This document shows, one piece after another, positions 46,801 to 56,469 of a stretch of 64,000 nucleotides of DNA. The position numbers and the translations under genes were made by a program. Position 1 is the first letter of the stretch. Every line of letters begins with the position of its first letter. This DNA is from Porphyridium purpureum. Taxonomy: Eukaryota. The notes under the pieces were generated by a model. It did no database searches. It saw only the letters and a program-made list of their open reading frames with translations, and was not told the DNA's origin. The stretch spans positions 1 to 64,000 of the forward strand of contig VRMN01000015.1 of the NCBI GenBank assembly GCA_008690995.1, in the 5' to 3' direction.

Positions 46801-48731
46801 GCGTACTCGTCCCTCTGTTTCATGAAAAGCTGCGCGTCTTTGGAGATTTTTGAAATCTCATCGGAATGGCGTGATTCTGTCCTCTTTAGCCGATCACGAA
46901 TTTCCTCGTTCTCGTCCTCAACACGCTTCACGTCACTGTGCAGTCTTGTGCACAAAGCTTCGAGCTCGGCAATACGAGCGCGAGCAGCATCGAGATCGCG
47001 CTTCGCTTGAGCAAGATTTGACTGCTCAGAATGAACAATGGTCGCTCCAGCGGGAGCCAAAACTTGAGATGGCAAAAGCGCTTCACCACGAGAGCTACCG
47101 TCCCGTTCTGGGAAGCTACCCTTTTCCTGCCCCGCTTGTTTTGCTGGCGTTCGTGTAGATGACCCTCTACGTGAACTTTCTTGAGCCGGGGCCACAGCAC
47201 CAAAAGCAGCTCTTTTGGGAGGTACGTTCTTCCTCAGTTTCACGACATCTGAATTATCTTCGTCATCATGAGGACCAAGAATCTCTTCTAGGTCATCCAG
47301 CGACTCGAGAGCGTCCGCAGCCAATTCTTCGGAAGCCAGGGACATCGTATCCGGTGAATTCCTGCCGGCATCCAATGCCCCGTCACCCAGCGCAGCATTT
47401 CTGCTCATGGCACTCACAGCAAACGATGTGAAAGTTCCCGTAATTTCCGCCTCACACCAAATATTTTCGCTCAGACTAAACCGCGTTTGCTCCGTCTTGT
47501 GAGGAAAGGCAGCGAAGGATGCAATGTTGAAGTACACTTTCCCCACGATTTTCTCCTTCTCATCTGTGACGCGAATAACCAGCAGCTTGCATTGCTTGTG
47601 CTCGAAAAGTCGGGTGGCCTCGTCTTGAAACAAAGTCGCCTGCAAAACCAACAAACTGTCTAGAGTTAAAACAGCGTTGGAATCCGCTCCGACTTTAAAG
47701 GCGTCGCACGACGCCTCTTTGTGGCCCTGAATAAGTCGGAAAAAGTAAGTCCCGCCGCGCTTAAGCCCAGTGCCCGTTAAAAACTTGATTGTGAAAGAAA
47801 ATATGTGCGCTTTCTTGCCCTGATGCTTTCCGCTTTGAACCACAGCGGAGGAAGTGGAAGGCGTGGCACCGACGGCCGCCTTGGACTGCGAGGCAAGACT
47901 TGAAAACGAAGAACGTAAATCTCCTCGCGGTGAAGCGCCAGCCCCCTTGGGCGACATTGCGGTTTTCAAAGCGGCCAAGGGGCCCACCGGTTTTGGCTTA
48001 CTCACATTCTCTTGCACACCAACTTTCGCGGTCTTCAAATTTGCTTTGCTTGAGGCACTACTCATTGTCCGCTTTTCAAAGGCTGCCTTCTCTTCGGGCT
48101 CCAAAAGGTCGTCCAGGTCGTCCAAATCGGCCAGCCCTTCCGCACCAATGCTATCAGTATCCATGAGCGAACCGCTCCCGGCGCTCACTGAGCTGGCGGC
48201 CACCGAAGCAGACCCTTTCACATCTGTCCCCAGAAAGGTGCACTTCACTGTTCCTTTCACAGTGAGCTTATCGCTGAGTTTGAAGGTCTTGACCGTCTCC
48301 TTTGATGGCACTCCTGCGAACTCGACCATGTTGATGTCGGTCTTTCCGACGCATCGGTTGACGACACTTCCTGAAGCGTCCTTGACCTGATACACGGAGA
48401 GCTTGTACACCTTATCGTCGAAAGTCGGCGCCACGCTTGTGTTTCCGCTAAAGTCAGCCTTATACAGTGTGCTCTCGAGCGCGAGCGTCTGCGAAACCAC
48501 GCAAGAATACCCGCCTGAGGACTGGATGGACGCGTCTGTCTCGACGCTTTTGCCTCCACGAGTGAGACGAATGACGTAAGCGCCGCGGCCCAATCCGTAC
48601 GCGCGCTCCAACGCCAGCGCAAACGCAAACTTGGAGCCCGTCTTGCCCAGGTGCGAGGTCACCCTTTTAATCGACGCGGCGATACCACCGCCGCCTGTGC
48701 CAGACGAGCCGGCAAGCTTTTTCTTGAACAT
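43872..48731 (-). CDS. Large protein with two NT-C2 (EEIG1/EHBP1-type) domains and a long coiled coil
   Basis: Two copies of F.F.....G......Y...L.rG.K..L.L..TLy....F..K..KL.V....VGK...N...FA, followed by about 1000 aa of heptad-rich E/K/Q/L sequence. First ATG at 48731. Confidence 0.88.
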   Translation of the reverse strand: MFKKKLAGSSGTGGGGIAASIKRVTSHLGKTGSKFAFALALERAYGLGRGAYVIRLTRGGKSVETDASIQSSGGYSCVVSQTLALESTLYKADFSGNTSVAPTFDDKVYKLSVYQVKDASGSVVNRCVGKTDINMVEFAGVPSKETVKTFKLSDKLTVKGTVKCTFLGTDVKGSASVAASSVSAGSGSLMDTDSIGAEGLADLDDLDDLLEPEEKAAFEKRTMSSASSKANLKTAKVGVQENVSKPKPVGPLAALKTAMSPKGAGASPRGDLRSSFSSLASQSKAAVGATPSTSSAVVQSGKHQGKKAHIFSFTIKFLTGTGLKRGGTYFFRLIQGHKEASCDAFKVGADSNAVLTLDSLLVLQATLFQDEATRLFEHKQCKLLVIRVTDEKEKIVGKVYFNIASFAAFPHKTEQTRFSLSENIWCEAEITGTFTSFAVSAMSRNAALGDGALDAGRNSPDTMSLASEELAADALESLDDLEEILGPHDDEDNSDVVKLRKNVPPKRAAFGAVAPAQESSRRGSSTRTPAKQAGQEKGSFPERDGSSRGEALLPSQVLAPAGATIVHSEQSNLAQAKRDLDAARARIAELEALCTRLHSDVKRVEDENEEIRDRLKRTESRHSDEISKISKDAQLFMKQRDEYAAKYSQAQSAEKKIAQTYADQEIELEVLKKETERLRKDHASSQDMLQQAALRTDAASKALETRFQSDMEAKDEQINDLKERIAGLEAESEAAQKQLALVHVSHKQELSALEEENKALEARLNEAQTGLDELDIARTSIQKVEADLLFKSNELEKLADQMQMQKATFEAAQQEAHELQVALDAEHAERTACEVRLAQQSEQMRTSEEEKENLGVQLSELQKIVGENEAVIASKREADAEMLSKSDDSGGLSEEIQSLKSVLEAVEQDKNDLKLALDEMQGEISALEAHVAQKNEQITALQEEKESLNVQLIDAQNSLGEHDAILASKRELEAEMLSKSDDYQRLADEVQKHKCALEAVEHEKNSLKLSLDEVQAEVSVLQSHVEKQSIEFRESAEQADRYKDDSAERSRCIEVMAVELDKLRDENVSLALIVAERDALQTQIGEAADREAALAAQVAHVGREKEDLSERLSSDTQPNVAMKEQWEEEARARAHLEEQLSKTSERLDELETKLALSEKLNEELKQSLAAEKDLCVAAQSEREARDRTVSGLEVQLADASARLSGLEAQLEKSTRENVDLANAVSSANSEIGRVQELLRSTEQRIAGLEEQIAGLQDEKRTLIESLEEEKRCSEENAIGKASEEQRRKEKEEELALNVAKVASLGAQITTLNLTVNELESRNARLSSDLERVDSSSRSAVGAVEDQRRDVERQAAKYETKTKELEARLKALENEHKTALSGLEESLAASRVHVVELEKEAVRLKADKSEAEQSMEELELRHVEVQSQNKQVAREHEEFRNEMQLKVRNMERERELLQKDLEEARCLDRDSSKNEATTARASEMEAQRNRLDELEDMLSARERDYRQAKQDLKNLESERDVLQREKESVSVRLTREIDALRVEKGDLERELDRLERMVDDSERARLSGDAHGTDRRTLENDGESLSLEEILVLLTETKVALALAQEENVKLRNTKKKGWF

Positions 48732-49304
48732 GGCATCAGCCGTGGGGACCTCGGGCGAACGGACTTGCTGCGCGCCAGCGACGGCCCCTCGCTTCGGCCG
48801 CGAAACGTGCGCGCACGACCCAATGGGACCGAAAGGTTCGCACGGCTGCTCATGCGTGGCGGGCACTCGCCCGTTTTTGAAACCAGCACAGCTTTGGGCA
48901 TGGCGGGTGTACAGTGCGTGCTGTCGTTGATGGGTGACGTGGCTGCGCGGGTCGCGTCAGTTGGGCGCCGCACCCAGACGTGTATGACGTGCGACGGCGT
49001 AGCTGGCTGTACTGCTTCTTTACTTTCCTACCTGGTCCGCCGTACCTCTCGCAACCCACCCTGTCTCCATCGCCAAATGTCTAGCCGTGGGGGCACACGC
49101 AGAATGCACGCCGTGCTCGCGCTCTCGCTGTGGTTCTAAAAATTCCCCGTGTCTTTCACTAAGGCACAAAGTTCTTCGAGCATGCGTACAGATCTCAATT
49201 TTCAGGAATGCACCTTTCTCACTCCATCTTAATAATTGCTGTATTCAGTGTTTCCTAATCACCAAGCAGCTCACCGCGAGCAAACGTCCCATTCCGGTGC
49301 CGGC

Positions 49305-50672
49305 TCAGTTGGGCGCGTTCACCTCCTTCGGAGTGGGTGCATCCTTTGACGCCACCGAGACAGGGATATTGTGTCTCAGAAGTACCTCCATATATTTCGT
49401 TTTGTCCGTGTTCTTCGCCAGCTCTTTCACAACTGCCTTGCGAACGTCTTCAGTAGATCCTCCCGCCATTTTAATGGCCTTGGCGGCCTGGAAGGGCTGC
49501 GGGTTCTTCTGCGACTTTGTAAGCTCGTCCATCGGAAAGTCGTCCTTCACGTGCTGCCGCATGTGACTGTTGGGTACGAAGATGATAGAGTCAAACTCTC
49601 CTGTCGTGCTTTGCGCCATGCGCTTCAAAACGTCTTCAAGTGTGCCGACGTCGATTTCGCACGTGGGTGGGATCTCCCCAATCCCCATTTCCTGCAGCTG
49701 CTCCCAGCTGCTCTCCAGGTCATGCCTTGCCAAAAACAGCGGTACGTACTGATTGTTGTCTTGCAAAAGCGTGAGACCTTTGGCCTGGAAAACTGGAATA
49801 CCGTTGAAGTTTTCCACCGTCAGCTCCTCCTCCGGCTGGGCGTCCTCGCTCTTTTCACCCTCGGTCTCCTCCGGAGGCATACTCTTTAAGCGCTCAATGG
49901 CAAATTCGACCTGCTTTAACTCTGGCCGGAACTGGAACGCGAGAGGGAACGATCCGCCAAGCATAATGGCCTGCAGTTCCTCGACATACTGGTTCGACTG
50001 AGTGTCTTGAGCCAGAAACAGTGCCTGTGACAGGCTCACGGGAACGATGTTCGCGGCGTCTGCGAGCCCCGGGTTCTGCTGCTGAATCCATTCCAGCGTC
50101 GACTGAGCCTCCGAATACTCAAAGTAAAACGTGCAAATCTGCTGACCATCCTCATACGTGACAAAGAACGGCTGGCCTTGGGCGTCAGCTACGTAAAAGC
50201 ACGGCACTCCGTCCAAGCGAGCCATCATGTTTTGCTTTGGAAGCACGTACAGATGCTGTGACTGCTCCAAACATGCCTTGGCAAACTCAAGCCCCTTTGT
50301 CAGGTCCTCCTCGTCCTTCGCGATGGCAAGGCCTGCTTCGAACGCCGCAATGGCGTCGTCAAAGCGCTTGAGGTGGCACAAAGCCATAGCCTTCCGCTTG
50401 TACGCTTTCCACCACTTTGCGTCCAATGCGATGGCCTTCTCGGCGTCCTTCAGGGAGTCAGCATACTTCTTTGCACTGAAGTATGCAGCAGCACGATTTG
50501 TGTACAGCACCGGGTTCGACTCGTCCTCGTGAATCGCGCGCGTGTACAACTTGAGTGCCTGCTGGTGGTCGCCCTTGGTCATGAGCGCATTGCCCTGATC
50601 CTTGAGGTCATTGGCTATGCTCTTGCGGTCAATCGCACTGCTGGCGCTGCTGGCCTTATTATTCTTCGCCAT
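49305..50672 (-). CDS. TPR (Hsp70/Hsp90 clamp type) - Tic22 fusion protein
   Basis: N-terminal ANDLKDQGNALM..YTRAI..LYTNRAAAY..DAEKAIALD..WWKAYKRKA (three TPRs); C-terminal RLDGVPCFYVADAQGQP..AQ..L..QNP..PVSL..FQFRP..QVEFA..FNGIPVFQ..VPLFL..DL..IDVGTLEDVL..IIFVP (Tic22). One uninterrupted ORF. Confidence 0.88.
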   Translation of the reverse strand: MAKNNKASSASSAIDRKSIANDLKDQGNALMTKGDHQQALKLYTRAIHEDESNPVLYTNRAAAYFSAKKYADSLKDAEKAIALDAKWWKAYKRKAMALCHLKRFDDAIAAFEAGLAIAKDEEDLTKGLEFAKACLEQSQHLYVLPKQNMMARLDGVPCFYVADAQGQPFFVTYEDGQQICTFYFEYSEAQSTLEWIQQQNPGLADAANIVPVSLSQALFLAQDTQSNQYVEELQAIMLGGSFPLAFQFRPELKQVEFAIERLKSMPPEETEGEKSEDAQPEEELTVENFNGIPVFQAKGLTLLQDNNQYVPLFLARHDLESSWEQLQEMGIGEIPPTCEIDVGTLEDVLKRMAQSTTGEFDSIIFVPNSHMRQHVKDDFPMDELTKSQKNPQPFQAAKAIKMAGGSTEDVRKAVVKELAKNTDKTKYMEVLLRHNIPVSVASKDAPTPKEVNAPN

Positions 50673-51388
50673 GGTTGCGCGCCGATTTAAGGAACAGCCT
50701 ATGCGGCCAATTGCAGTCATCGCCTTCCAGAGCAGCGCGCGTCGCAACGCGTGCACGCAAATCCTTTCGCTGTCGCTTCCCGCAGGCCTGTCCGCGCACG
50801 TCCAGTCCTGGCGTGTGGCCGACAAGCCCGGAGCCGCCGCACGAGCTGTGGCGTGCGTCGCACGCTTCCGCCACGCGCGCGCAAGCGTCGACGCACAGCG
50901 ACCGCTGGCGGCTCAATGCAGCCTGTCCTCCGCGCCGTCCTGCCGTGCGCGCCCACCTCTTCCAGTGCCCGTCGTCCTCCAGCCCCACTGCACAACCTGA
51001 GAGCGCGCGTTCCACGCCGAGTTGTGCCACCACCTCCACGCTGTGAGACCCACTCGCCACTTTTATACCCGCGCCCGCGACTCGCGTGTGTCGCCTTGGC
51101 GTTCTCCGCGACTTCCGGCTTACCGCTCCCTGCCGGAAATCACAAACAGACCGTTTCACAGCGCGCGCCATACTCCGCCCGACCACCGTCGGCGACCGCG
51201 CAGGTCAAGCACGCACTGTACCGCCCCACCTCGAGATCGCGCCTGCAAAAAGGTACACCCGCGCTGTACAGCACTGTACATCGCACTGTACTTTGTGGTG
51301 TACCGCGCAGTGGGACAAGGCGTCTTCTCGTGGGGTGGAGTTCCTGCGCGGGTGGCGAGCGCCGCGAGGGTAAGCACGGTGGCGCGTC

Positions 51389-51910
51389 ATGTCATTGCTC
51401 GGGCTGCGCAACTGCGTGCGCGCATGGGCGGGTGTCCGGGCAGCGTGGTTGCCTGTGGCGCTGCGCCAGCGCCAGCGTCACTTGGCGTTGCCTGCTGAAG
51501 CTGAGAAGAGCCGCCGGCGGCGGCTGGCCGCCGCGCAAACTCCTTTCGACCGCGCAGGAGCAGCGCGATGACAATCTGGCGCACGCTGTGGCGCGCCGCA
51601 GCCGCCGCTTCTCAGGCATCAGTGCCGGGCGCGTGGTTTGGCGACAAGAAGATGATGATGCGGTTCACCTGCACAAAGTGCAACACAACGCAGGTGAAAG
51701 TTCACGCGCGGCGCGTATGAGAACGGCGTTGTGCTCATCCGCTGCGAGGGCTGCCAGAAACTGCACCATTGACAATTTGGGCTGGTTCGAGAGCAGCCGC
51801 AAAACATCGAACAGATTCTCGCAGAGCGTGGCGAGAGCGTTTCGAAAATTCAAATTGACGAGCCCGCACCGTCAGATGTAGAAAACGCGATTGAGCAATG
51901 CCGTCAGTAG
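51389..51910 (+). CDS. DNL-type zinc-finger chaperone (Zim17/Hep1/DNLZ), frameshifted in this sequence
   Basis: Across frames: MMMRFTCTKCNTT..YENGVVLIRCEGCQKLH..DNLGWFE..NIEQILAERGE; Arg-rich presequence-like N-terminus. Confidence 0.88.
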
Positions 51911-51989
51911 CCGACAACGAACGTCGCTTGATAGAGAGCATCCATTCGTCTTATGAGAAACGATGCAAGTTTTCAAACCTTATTTTATA

Positions 51990-52873
51990 TCAATCTTCGT
52001 CACTGATTTCCCTTTCGATGCGTCTCGCCTTGTGCGCCGGACTGCCAGGCTGAGAATCTTCTGGAGCTGCCGTACGCGTTAATCTATCTTCCGCTGGTGC
52101 CTGCAGGTATCCCGCCGCTACGGTCGGCTGAAACCGGATGTCCTGGTGCCGACTGGCCGACGGGAGGACCTGCAAGCGCAGGCCTGCCTGGACCCGGAGC
52201 CAGACCCGGTCCGATGCTTGATGAACGCCGGCGCCTGGCCAGCTTTGTCGAAATCCCTCCGCGGACCACCGCGTCCGCGGAACCCGGTCCCACCTCGAAA
52301 CCCGGGATGCCCGCCACCGCGACCGTGAAACCCACCAGCAGCCCCGACCCCGCCTCCGTCCATATCGCGGGTCGTTTGCGAACATTCTGCTGCTGAAGTG
52401 GCTGGTCGCCGGGACCCTTTGGGCCCCACATCGTGTCGGCCTGGAAGCGCTTACCAAACCCGCCGCGGCCCTCGTCATACTCTGTGCGCAACTCATCGCG
52501 CACCTGGCCAGCGGCCGCGGCCAAACTGGCGGCCTTCCTCAAAGCCGGCGTCAAAGTCGCAGCGGATGACCCGCCCGTCGAGCTTTGTGCCGGACATACC
52601 ATGCACAGCACTGTGCGTCCTCGCGCGAGGCGTATTCAACAAAGCAAAAGCCGCACGGCGTCTTCTGAAACTTGTCCAGTCCCATGATGATGCGCTTGAG
52701 CTGGCCGCCTTGCTGACAACGCCCAGATCTGCTCCTCGCGCGTGTGGAAGCTCAGGTTGCCGACATAGCGTCGCCGACTGGGCCAGCGCTTCAAGTATCT
52801 CTGGCCTCTCCTGGTAGTGCCGGTCCACATACTGCGGCTTCTCTGCGTCCTCGCCTTCGTACAGCGTCGCCAT
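51990..52873 (-). CDS. NCBP2: Nuclear cap-binding protein subunit 2 (CBP20) with RGG-rich tail, frameshifted in this sequence
   Basis: Across frames: [81 protein letters not shown]. Confidence 0.95.
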
Positions 52874-52964
52874 GTCATGCCATCCGACTGCGGCGATCGC
52901 GCTGCTGCTGCTGCTGCCACGCTTGGTTCGCGCTCCCGCCGCACGCAACTTTCACGCTAAGCAC

Positions 52965-52985
52965 AAGTACAGTTACACTGTACTT
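52965..52985. promoter_or_regulatory. Palindromic GTACAGT pair in the NCBP2/translin divergent promoter
   Basis: AAGTACAGT-TAC-ACTGTACTT perfect inverted repeat; the same motif recurs upstream of most genes in the window. Confidence 0.6.
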
Positions 52986-53130
52986 TGAACGCTTGTGCGC
53001 GTGCAGCGGCGTGGCGCCATGCGCGGCGCTCCGGGTTGGTGTGGGTGTGTTTGACACGGGTTCGAGCTGGTGTTTCTTCAGAGTCGCGCGCGCTCGAGGA
53101 GGCTCCAGCGCCGAGCCGGCGGCAGACAAC

Positions 53131-53761
53131 ATGGAAGCCGCGTTCGGAAGTGCACGAGCGCATGAGCGCCGAAGAGCAGCTCAAGAAGGAGATTCGCGAG
53201 CGGCGCGATCTGCTGGACACCGCGCTGGAGGCGCCGCTGAGAGGTGAGCGCGGCGCACCACGTCCAAACTGACGCGCTGCCAGAGCTCGTGGCGCGGCTC
53301 TTCGCGGTCTTGCCTCCGGTGGGCGAGATGATCCGGCAGATGCTCTCGTCGTGCCGCCAGGCGAGTTCTACAAGTATCTGGACTTTTCCGGAATCAAATG
53401 CAGACCGCCGTATTTGTGACTGTTCTCGCAGGCTTCCTGGAAGCCCAGGTGCTCGCAGATGTTGAGCAGGTCAAGATGAGGTTGGGCCCGACGCCTCCTC
53501 AATGCCATGGACGATTATCTAATCGGCCTCTGTATGATGGTTTCGGAACTCGCGCGACTCACAGTCAATCGCGTCACTGAAGGAGATTACGCGTTCGCGC
53601 AGCGCGTCAGTAAGTTTGCATTTGACGTGCATCAAGGCTCTGATCGCTAAACTTTCGGAATGACCTCGGTTCGTCGCAAATATGACGGAATGAAGTACGA
53701 TATTAAGAAGATTGAGGACGTGATGTATGATCTATCGGTGCGCAATTTGTTACCGAAATAA
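53131..53761 (+). CDS. TSN: Translin, frameshifted in this sequence
   Basis: EEQLKKEIRE, PGEFYKY, and RRKYDGMKYDIKKIEDVMYDLSVRNL at the C-terminus. Confidence 0.9.
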
Positions 53762-54277
53762 TATGCGAGCTGTGGGATGCACGTGCGGAAACGGTAAGCT
53801 TCCAATTTCCACCTTGTTCATAAGGCATGTCGCCTTGCCACGGCATTCCTTTGGCGGCTCGTTTTCCTTGATGAGATCCTTCGTGGACTACTGCGTTATC
53901 GTCGGTATCTGGGTGTCACACCCAATGACCACTTTTACAATTCTTTCTGGGTTGAGAAATCGAGTTTTCGTTGCGTCCGGCCCACTTTGACAGTAAGTCG
54001 TAGTCTACATGCTACCTATGGATATTCTAACCTGTTGATTTGTGTTGCGCGTGAAAAAGCGGCGCGCTGATTTTGCATACTCCAGGCTTTCAGGCGCACT
54101 TGTCTGATCGGTTTTGATCGCCACCTCCAGACCTGATGTATGTTGTCGGCCCTGTTCCTGTTTCTCCGTGATCTCCGTTATCTCTGTTTCTGCCCTTGAT
54201 GAGGAGAGAGCAACAGGCTAGTAGCTAGATACTCTTCAGCAAAACAATACACAACCCGACCTTAACTCGCACAGACA

Positions 54278-55312
54278 CTACGACAAAGCGGCAGGGTCCG
54301 GCATCTTGCTTAATTGCTTCAATAATTCGTACGCTGACACCATGCAGGTACCCCAGATAGAAACATTCACCATTCGCGGAAGAACGCCGCGAAAAGGCCA
54401 GCGAAGCCGTCTTCCCTTGATCAGTCCGAAAAGTACGCACAACGCCGGGCCGTGATACGCCAGGCAGCGTCTCTTGCACTTGCATTCGCACTTTCAGCAC
54501 ATCTAGCGGAGTGGTGAGTATAATTGAAGTTGCCTGCGCCCAGGGCTGCAAGAATTTGCATGCTTGCGGCCTTTGCAGACAGCATGCGCCTGGCGCCTCG
54601 CTAGTCGTGGCTCCGGTATCGCTTTGCTGCTCGGAATCAGGTCCAGTTTTGAAGCTGCCTCGAACAGCAGGCGCTTGTACGCGCCGTATGAGCCCCACCA
54701 AATTGCAATTCGCTTGGAACAAAGGTCGCAATTGATAGCCGTATAGCCCTTGCCGGAAGCCTTCGTTTCGGACAATCCACATGGCGAGCTGCAGGCCGTT
54801 TGCGTACCTTGTGTCGGATTTCTTCTGTACAATGAGTCGCTGGCTGACCACATCCATGGGCACGGTGACAGTCTGCGTGGCGAGGGCTGGCGACCGCGCC
54901 CGCGGCAAAGCTAGATATCGCCGTGTACTTTGCGGCGATTCCCGGCGAGCCCTGCAGTGAGTTGAGGTCAAAGCAGTTGCTGCCCATAAAGCGGACAAAT
55001 TCGTGTTCAAAATAAGCCGGCAGCGCACCACCAGGACGGTGCCGAGCCCCTTGTAGAAGCCCCTGAAACCCAAACTCGTTCTGAATGAACGCCGCCGTGC
55101 GCGACATGCCGCGCGCATTCCTGAGAGCTGCGCAGCCGAGTACCTGCTACTGGAGAACATGATCTGGCGGGTCTTGATGACGGACAGTGGATATAGCGCG
55201 AGCGTGACTCCGCTGAACAGGAGCGCGCCGTACCCAAAGAAGCGCGCCTTGTTGAGCCGATCCCATGTGACATCCGGGGCGCGGCAAACTCAGAGTCAAA
55301 GTCCGCGCCCAT
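54278..55312 (-). CDS. Mitochondrial carrier protein, SLC25A44-like, frameshifted in this sequence
   Basis: WDRLNKARFF..LYPLSVIKTRQ, GFRGFYKGLGT, VPMDVVSQRL, TTPLDVLKVRMQV, AYELLKQLS: three PxDxxKxR-type repeats. Confidence 0.9.
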
Positions 55313-56469
55313 CCTACTTCGCCGCAAGATTCAGGAGCCGCCTGCGCGCTAGGAAGCCTGCGAAGGGCATCGTCAGTCCGATACTCGCGCCAGCTACGCC
55401 AGAAGCCCCCGCCACGTCCACGGCAACACGGCTCAACGGCGATCTGCGCGCAGCCGCGTCCTCCACTGCCAACCGCACCAGCTCGCGCTAGGGTTCCTCA
55501 TCACGCGCGGTACAGCGGCACTGTATTTTTGATCCCGCGCTGCGCGGCGCCGTTGTCTGTGGAGCCGCTGTGCCGACATGGCGGCTCGCGTATAGCTCGT
55601 CACGCAAGCGTGGCGCGAGAGCACGCCGAGCATGCGCAGAGGCGCAATGCCGGTGCAGCTTTGACCGGGCGCGGCGGCGGTGTCGACTCTGACGGCGACC
55701 GCGCGCTCGCACGTCAGTGGGTCCTTTTTTCTTCTGTTTTCGGTTTTGACGTCATGGTGCGCCTGGCTGCGTCTGACGCCAGGACCCTGTACGTGATCAC
55801 CTCTTCTTTGGTCGAGTGTTGTGGCTGAGCGCGGTTTTGCGCGCTCCATAGCCTTGTGCTCATACCCAGGAGAAAATTGAGCGACCCACACGTCGCGGCT
55901 GACGAAAATGCTAGGAACGTTTCGCGTCGGAGAGCGTCCACAGTAGCCGCCCTTAGATACCGTGTCTGGCGGTCACCGGCTGACGACGACGCTTGAATCT
56001 TCCCACTCAACTACAAAACAGAAGGACGCGCAACCTATTCCCGATCGCGCCCAAATGACTACCCTAGCGCCCACTCCAGCGAACCCAGAGCGTTACAGGT
56101 GCGCCCGATTAGCGTTCTTTCCCCTTTCGTCCTGCGCTGTCGCCCGCACCGCCACCACGCAAACGCAGTGCACGTGTTCCCAGCTGGCGCGCGCAAGCGT
56201 GACGACTGTTTCGCGTTTATGCGGTTCGGGCCGCGCAGGTTACGCGAGTGGGCAGCGGCAATTGTACGGCACGGCTGCCCAGGTTGACCAGAGCGCGCGG
56301 CGAGTGTTGAATGCGGCAGCGCGCTGCGCACGCGCCAAGCTACGAGCGGAGAACACTGGCGCAGCCGCTACAGCAACCGCGCCACAGGCCAGAAATCCGG
56401 ATGGCAGTAGTGTTCAGTCAGAAGTACAGTTACGTGGCGTTTGAGCGGGTGTGAGAGCCGAAGCGGAGC

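Noticed and set aside
50751..51881. 376-aa ORF and other long Arg/Ala-rich ORFs in GC-rich intergenic or antisense frames
   Set aside because: GC-driven open frames that cross promoters or shadow real genes; only the last part overlaps the true DNL frame.
55400..56400. Possible small gene or ncRNA between the carrier and TOR
   Set aside because: No recognisable protein or RNA motif, and the region lies in the indel-rich zone.
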